64,000 nt of DNA from the human T2T-CHM13v2.0 reference genome, Homo sapiens: NCBI GenBank assembly GCA_009914755.4, contig CP068257.2, positions 38,752,001 through 38,816,000 on the forward strand. Direction: 5' to 3'. Below are positions 57,831 to 64,000 of the stretch, one piece after another (within the stretch, counting starts at the first letter, position 1; each line of letters begins with the position of its first letter). The position numbers were made by a program, and so were the translations under genes. The notes below the pieces were generated by a model. The model was not told where the DNA came from. It made no database searches and saw nothing but the letters and a program-made list of their open reading frames with translations.

Positions 57831-59177
57831 TTAAACTAATATAGAAGCTTAATAAGGAGAGTGCCTGGGAGCAACAGCCTCAGGCATAGTCTTAAAAGTG
57901 TCACCTTCTCACCTATATTTACCATAATATGTTAACCTGACAATTGTTTCAGCCATGAAGAAAGACAGAGGAATTGATGTGTGTTCAAGACTTGAGAGCC
58001 ATGGAGAGGAGCTGGTATCACCACTGCCTGCAGCTCAGGCCCATCACTGCATCCTTCACTCCACCATTCCTCACCTGGATTCACCTCACCCCTGACGTTA
58101 GAACCTGAACACGCCTCCGAAACTGGTGAGACAGAGGAGAGAAACTAAGCATACAGTACCTGTCCTGTCTTGTCAAAGGGAAGCCTGACCTTCGGTAAGC
58201 ATAGTCATAGGCAAGGGGAACCCAGCCTGCTCAGAAAGTGCTGCATGAGTTCATTCTGCAAACTTCAGGGCACTTCTTAGCATGCTCCTTTTTGAAGAAT
58301 TACATTTGTGCTTGTGGGATTGGTGTGGGACACTAGGCTAGAAAAATTTGGATATCAAATACATGTGCTCTCATAGGAGCTGCCAGCGCTGTGTGTTTTG
58401 AGGTGTATGTTGAAAAATAACCCTGTCCCAGAGCCTTTCTTTTACTGCCTCTCACAGTCTTTGAATTTCCGCCATCAAGGGGCATATCTTTGGCTCTCAG
58501 GAGAGATAAACAACAGTATTATCAATCACCATTTTAGCAGAATTAACACCTGAGAGGCGGAAACCAAAATGGACAAAGGAAACAAAAAGTACTTGGATTT
58601 TAAGACAAATATCTCCATGACTTTCTCTCTGACAGTGTTGAAACAAATAGCTCCTTGGGAGAGGACATTTCTTTTCCCAGGTGCCCTGCAGGGGAGGGTG
58701 CTTAGAAGAGGTCTACAGAGCCAACCTTGAGAAATGTCCTATAGGGCTGTGGTTTCCCTGCCTAAGACAAACTGAGAATGAGGAGGCTCTGAGCATGTAA
58801 TGCATATGGAGGAGACAGAAAAGGCTCTTTTAAACTGAATGCCTCATTGACACAACTGCTATCTTTCTATAAACTTAGACAAGGGATGGCAATTATGAGC
58901 ATATCCACTGATGCATGTCCTGCTCATGCCCATGGCAGACATTGCTAATCAATTACTACACTCTTTTCTAGTGAGCACAGATAAGACTTCAGAATCCTTC
59001 TCAGTTCTGCATTCCAGGCAGTCACTACCAGTCAGATGGAACTGACATTCAAAATGTAATTTATTTCCAGTCTTGGCCTTCGAGGGCATATACCCTAAAA
59101 GTCTAAAAGGTTCGTTGACATATTTGGATATTTTAATTTTATGTGCCTGGATAGAAAGCTTTGTTTTAAAAGTTGGT

Positions 59178-59504
<327 letters not shown>

Positions 59505-61009
59505 CTATTTTTTAAAAAATGTATATGTTGTTTTTCTGGATTTTCAATAACAACTTGCAAAAACCACATTTTTAAACTTCCTCCATATGAGGCAGCCACA
59601 AAACCAAAATCTCTTTGCTGCAGGTTTTTCCAAGAAGTAAAGGTCTTGCAGAAAATCATACATTCAAATATTCCATCAATGTAATAGGTAATCAACCTCA
59701 ATAAAATGTTCGTCTATCCACATAGAATACTATTGCCTAATAAGGTCTTTTACTAAGTAATTATAACGACACAATTTTATCAGTAAAGGTTAAGTATCTT
59801 TATCTGAGCAGAATCCAATGAAATTAGTCCTGATGTAATAAGTACCATTTGTCACTATTAGAGCTAGAGGGGTTGACAGGCTTGGATGTCTCCCTGGCAA
59901 CCCGAGTGTTCCATTTCTTTTTTCTGTAACCTTAGACACTAACAAGGCATAAAAGTCCAGAGGGCATAGAAGGTATCGCCTGGGTAATTTATGTACCCTC
60001 TTCTGACTTTGCCAGGCAGTGGCATATGCGAGCATCTAGAAGCATTTTAACAGCAAATATATTCATTCCCAAAATTTTGAGTCACGATGAATATTTTGAA
60101 CAGAAGTATTGTATTAATGTAGGTAGGTTTTCATTAACAAGGACAGTTACTAATTTTTAACTGACTCATTATCCACAACGAGAGAGAGAGAGATTGAGAA
60201 CATGTATGTAAACGGTGTTACAACTTCCTAAACACACTGCGCATGCTCACCTCCCAAGGGGAAGGAGGGCACTGCGCATGCGGGAAGCTCGTCCTAAGCG
60301 AAGAGTCATGGGAAAGGGGTGCAAGACACCTGAAGTGGGCCAGCCTACAAAGTCCTAGGATCAAGGTTAAAGATTGCACTTGTCCTTCAAGTTGCCTGCT
60401 TCAGTCTCTTCCAAGTGTACTTCCCTTTCTTTCCTGTTCTAAAGCTGTCTAAAATAAACTTCCACTCCTGCTCTGAAACTTGCCTCAGTCTCTTTTTGTG
60501 CCTTATACCCCTTGGTCGAATTCTTTCCTCTGAGGAGGCAAGAATTGGTGTTGCTATAGAGCCATATGGATTCGCTGCCGGTAACTCAGATACCATCCAC
60601 CAGTAACACATGTGGGCCATGATCAGTGATGTAACAAAATTAATTATGAATGGCATTTCATAGATGTTCCTGCTATCAGTCTTAATGGGCAGAAATCCAA
60701 GAGCGGAGGCTGTGAGGGGTGTGGGGAAGAGGGAGATGCTGGATAAACATTTAGAGAAATATTACAAACAAAATTTTATATTTCCTCACTTTCCTATTAT
60801 CCTTTCTCTTTTTATATATAGCTAATATCGGTTTTCCACTTTAATAAATAAGCTAATATAAAAATATGATTTCTAAAAACAGGAAGGTAAAATTTGAATT
60901 GTCCTATTTTTAAATTTTGCAAACATCAATACCAAGATTTGGAACACTGTTAATTTGCAGATAGCCTAGCAGCATGACGTACCTTTTAAAACAGATTTCT
61001 TTTATTTTC

Positions 61010-61480
61010 TAATTTAGAAGTCATGGGATAAATTGCGTCCCCCCAAAATTCATGGCAGACCCCTAACCTGCAGTATCTCAAAACATGGCTTTACTTGGAA
61101 ATAAGGTCTTTATAGTGATAATCAAATTTAAATGAGGCCATTAGGATGGGTGCCAGTTCAATATAAGTGGTGTCCTTATAGAATGGAGAAATATGGAGAC
61201 AGACACTGACACCCATAGAGGGAACATGAGGTAAAAACACTGGAAGAAGCCAGCCGTGTGACTGGCGTGATGTCTATAATACAAACCAACAAGAGCAAGG
61301 CTTGCCAGCCAGCGCCAGGTGCCGCAGGAGGTGAGCAAGGACCTCTCCAGAACTGTCAGGGAGAACATGGCCCTGCAGACACCTGAATTTTGGAGGTGTA
61401 AGCTCCAGAACTGTGAGAGAATCAGCTTCTATTGTGGTCATATGTTATGGAATCCCCAGGAAGCTCACACAATTTACTTC
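61010..61480 (+). mobile_element. MaLR solitary LTR (MLT1-like), forward
   Basis: CCCCAAAATTCATGGCAGACCCCTAACCTGCAGTATCTCAAAACATGGCTTTACTTGGAAATAAGGTCTTTATAGTGATAATCAAATTTAAATGAGGCCATTAGGATGGGTGCCAGTTCAATATAAGTGGTGTCCTTATAGAATGGAGAAATATGGAGACAGACACTGACACCCATAGAGGGAACATGAGG...ACACCTGAATTTTGGAGGTGTAAGCTCCAGAACTGTGAGAGAATCAGCTTCTATTGTGGTCATATGTTATGGAATCC. Confidence 0.65.
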
Positions 61481-61630
61481 AGATTAAAGATAAAAAATCT
61501 ATTTCCAGAATATAATCAAAGGTTCAACAACGATATGCCTGAGGACATGACATTCTGGGAATAGATTATATTCTGGAAATAGCTTTCTTATCTTTAATCT
61601 AAATAAGCTGTGTGAGTTTCCTGGGGGTTT
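61450..61630. repeat. Inverted repeat / palindrome with 68-bp arms and a 44-bp spacer
   Basis: Left arm GGAATCCCCAGGAAGCTCACACAATTTACTTCAGATTAAAGATAAAAAATCTATTTCCAGAATATAATC. Right arm GATTATATTCTGGAAATAGCTTTCTTATCTTTAATCTAAATAAGCTGTGTGAGTTTCCTGGGGGTTTCC, which is the reverse complement at about 85% identity. It is mirrored at protein level in ORFs 61319..61564 (+) and 61499..61705 (-), both of which contain LFPEYN. Confidence 0.75.
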
Positions 61631-61651
61631 CCACAAAAAATTATCACAACA

Positions 61652-61934
61652 GGCCAGTCGCACATGTAATCCCAGCACTTTGGGAGGACAAGGTGGGCAG
61701 ATCACTTAAGTTCAGGAGTTTGAGACCAGCTTGGCCAACATGGTGAATCTCCTCATCTCTATTAAAAATACAAAAAAATTAGCTGGGCATGGGGATGGGT
61801 GCCTGTAATCCCAGCTATTCTGGAGGCTGAGGCACAAGGATTGCTTGAACCTGGGGGGTGGAGGTTGCAGAGAGCCAAGATTGCACCACTGCACTCTCTG
61901 TGACAAGAGTGAAACTCCATCTCAAAAAACAAAC
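61652..61934 (+). mobile_element. Alu SINE with a 16-bp target-site duplication
   Basis: GGCCAGTCGCACATGTAATCCCAGCACTTTGGGAGGACAAGGTGGGCAGATCACTTAAGTTCAGGAGTTTGAGACCAGCTTGGCCAACATGGTGAATCTCCTCATCTCTATTAAAAATACAAAAAAATTAGCTGGGCATGGGGATGG...ACTCCATCTCAAAAAACAAAC. AAAAATTATCACAACA is present on both flanks. ORFs 61712..61906 and 61762..62034 (-) are Alu artefacts. Confidence 0.92.
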
Positions 61935-62060
61935 AAAAATTATCACAACAGAAGTTTAATCTCTTACAGTTATTGAGGCTACAACTCCAAAACAGAACCA
62001 AGGTTTGGGTTACATAAAGGAATGCTGGGATCAAAAAAGATAATGATGTAGCTGAGATTA

Positions 62061-62520
<460 letters not shown>

Positions 62521-62634
62521 CTCTTCCTTGTTCATTTCATAAACTTAAAAACAAAAATACAGCTTTTTTTCTGTTTTAGTATAATTCTAAAGAATATATT
62601 TACTTCCAATCTTATAGTTTCTAATCCACCTTCA

Positions 62635-62770
62635 GCATGTATATACACACACACATGCATGTGTATCCATAAACATATATAAACATACACATGTTAACTA
62701 TATATGTTATATATGTGAACATGAATAAACTATGTATATATGGATATCTATCTATATATAATATCCTTTT
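62635..62770. repeat. Low-complexity (TATA/CACA/CATA)-rich tract
   Basis: ATATACACACACACATGCATGTGTATCCATAAACATATATAAACATACACATG...TATGTATATATGGATATCTATCTATATATAATATCC. ORFs 62428..62682 and 62621..62821 are artefacts. Confidence 0.8.
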
Positions 62771-64000
62771 GTAGGGGGCAGAATAAAGGACAATGAAGCT
62801 AAACTTTTCAGTAAATTTCACTTTGCTTGCTGGTCAATCAAGAGCTTCTCCAAATCTCATGTTTGATTGTTAAATTTGCACCTGTGAACACACATGGATT
62901 GGGGTCAGAGGGTGTGGCTGGCCCCATACTACTCCATTGGTAGCACTGGAAGAAAAGACCGACTCTGGACTGTATCCAGCAAAGCCAGGCACAATTGTCA
63001 GGGGCTTGTGCCCTGGGGCTAGCTAAGCAGGAGGCAGACTTCCTAAACTAGCCTGACTGCTGTCACAGTTAACAGAAGCTGCATAGATGGGTCTGCCTAC
63101 AATGGTCACAAATGTTGTCACTTTACAAGATCCATGGACAGTTTGTTGGAAAACCTGTGCTGCTTCCTTTTCTCTCCATTTGTCCTTTCATTGGCCATTC
63201 AGTAATTTGGCGAGGTGGTCTATGGGCATTTTCACGAGTGGACGTTGCCTGCTGTGGGAACAGTTCACGGCATCTATGTGTCTATACTACTATGCATCTG
63301 TGACTACTTTCAGAAATAGGAAATTTGTCATCTCGTTATACATTCTAAATTGTTAAAGGTTCATAATGTAAATGGCAATATTAAAGTTGTCAAAGGCCAC
63401 ATTTCACTATTTATTTTGTTTTTAGATGTCAATGTCATAAAAGATAAGTGTTCTAGAGAGTACTATGACATGAGAGATGAAGAAAAGTACAAGATACTTT
63501 CCCAGAGGCATAACTCAAAGGGCTGGAGCCTAGGAAAGAGGCCCAGCAAGCTTTGTTGTGTGCTTCCTAGGAGCACCAGCTAGTGACCACAGCAAACATG
63601 ACAATGGGAATGGTGTCATTTGGGCTGGGGGGTTGGAGCAGCACACACAGGACAATGTCCACAGTCATTCTCCTCAGTCAAGCCCAAACCGTCATCTTGG
63701 CTCACATTTGCTCTTTCTTCATTGGTACTTGGCTAACACTTTGAAAAAAAAATCTAGTGTGCAAGGGTACTATCCCTATTTGTGGGAATACTTATTACAG
63801 GGGGTATAATAAGCAGCTCCCTAGGTGTCAGCCCCGGGACCTGATGCTGTCAGCCGTCTGAGATACCAGAAGCTTGAGTGTTCTGATTCCAGGCTCACCA
63901 AGCAACCTTCTGGCCACAGCACTCTCTGCAATGAGCCTTGAAGACAGCGAGCAGGGCATACAGGAGAGGGGCCTAGGTGGCCCAGCTGACTGCTGCTCTG

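Overview
This window is primate (almost certainly human) nuclear DNA, AT-rich and gene-poor, and it is not a prokaryotic locus. The evidence is at least 18 Alu SINEs (primate-specific, many with poly-A tails and target-site duplications), several LINE-1 fragments (a young L1PA-like 3' end, older L1PB/L1M-like pieces), many MaLR/ERVL solitary LTRs (MLT1-, MST/THE1-like), two MIR SINEs, microsatellites and an AT-rich minisatellite. ORFs are sparse and short, there are no operons, and nearly every ORF in the supplied six-frame track falls inside a repeat or low-complexity tract. I found no CRISPR array, tRNA or rRNA.

The one convincing protein-coding element is a single 147-bp internal exon on the minus strand (5835..5981). 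It has a textbook splice acceptor and donor and encodes an immunoglobulin-fold segment that I recognise as DSCAM-family (best guess DSCAM; paralogue DSCAML1 not excluded). The rest of the window then reads as intron of a very large neuronal cell-adhesion gene transcribed right-to-left.

I do not see an undescribed biological system here, and I say so plainly rather than manufacture one. The observations worth a second look are structural:
- an ~210-bp-arm inverted repeat with a ~1-kb spacer (17.5-19.3 kb) into which a young Alu has inserted;
- a 480-bp near-palindromic AT-rich minisatellite;
- a 68-bp-arm palindrome at 61.45-61.63 kb;
- a small CpG-dense patch in otherwise CpG-depleted DNA;
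- a split (CTA/CCA)n microsatellite;
- several clean nested-retroelement events, including an Alu interrupted by a twin-primed L1 3' end.

All coordinates were read by eye and carry roughly +/-10 bp uncertainty for repeat boundaries.
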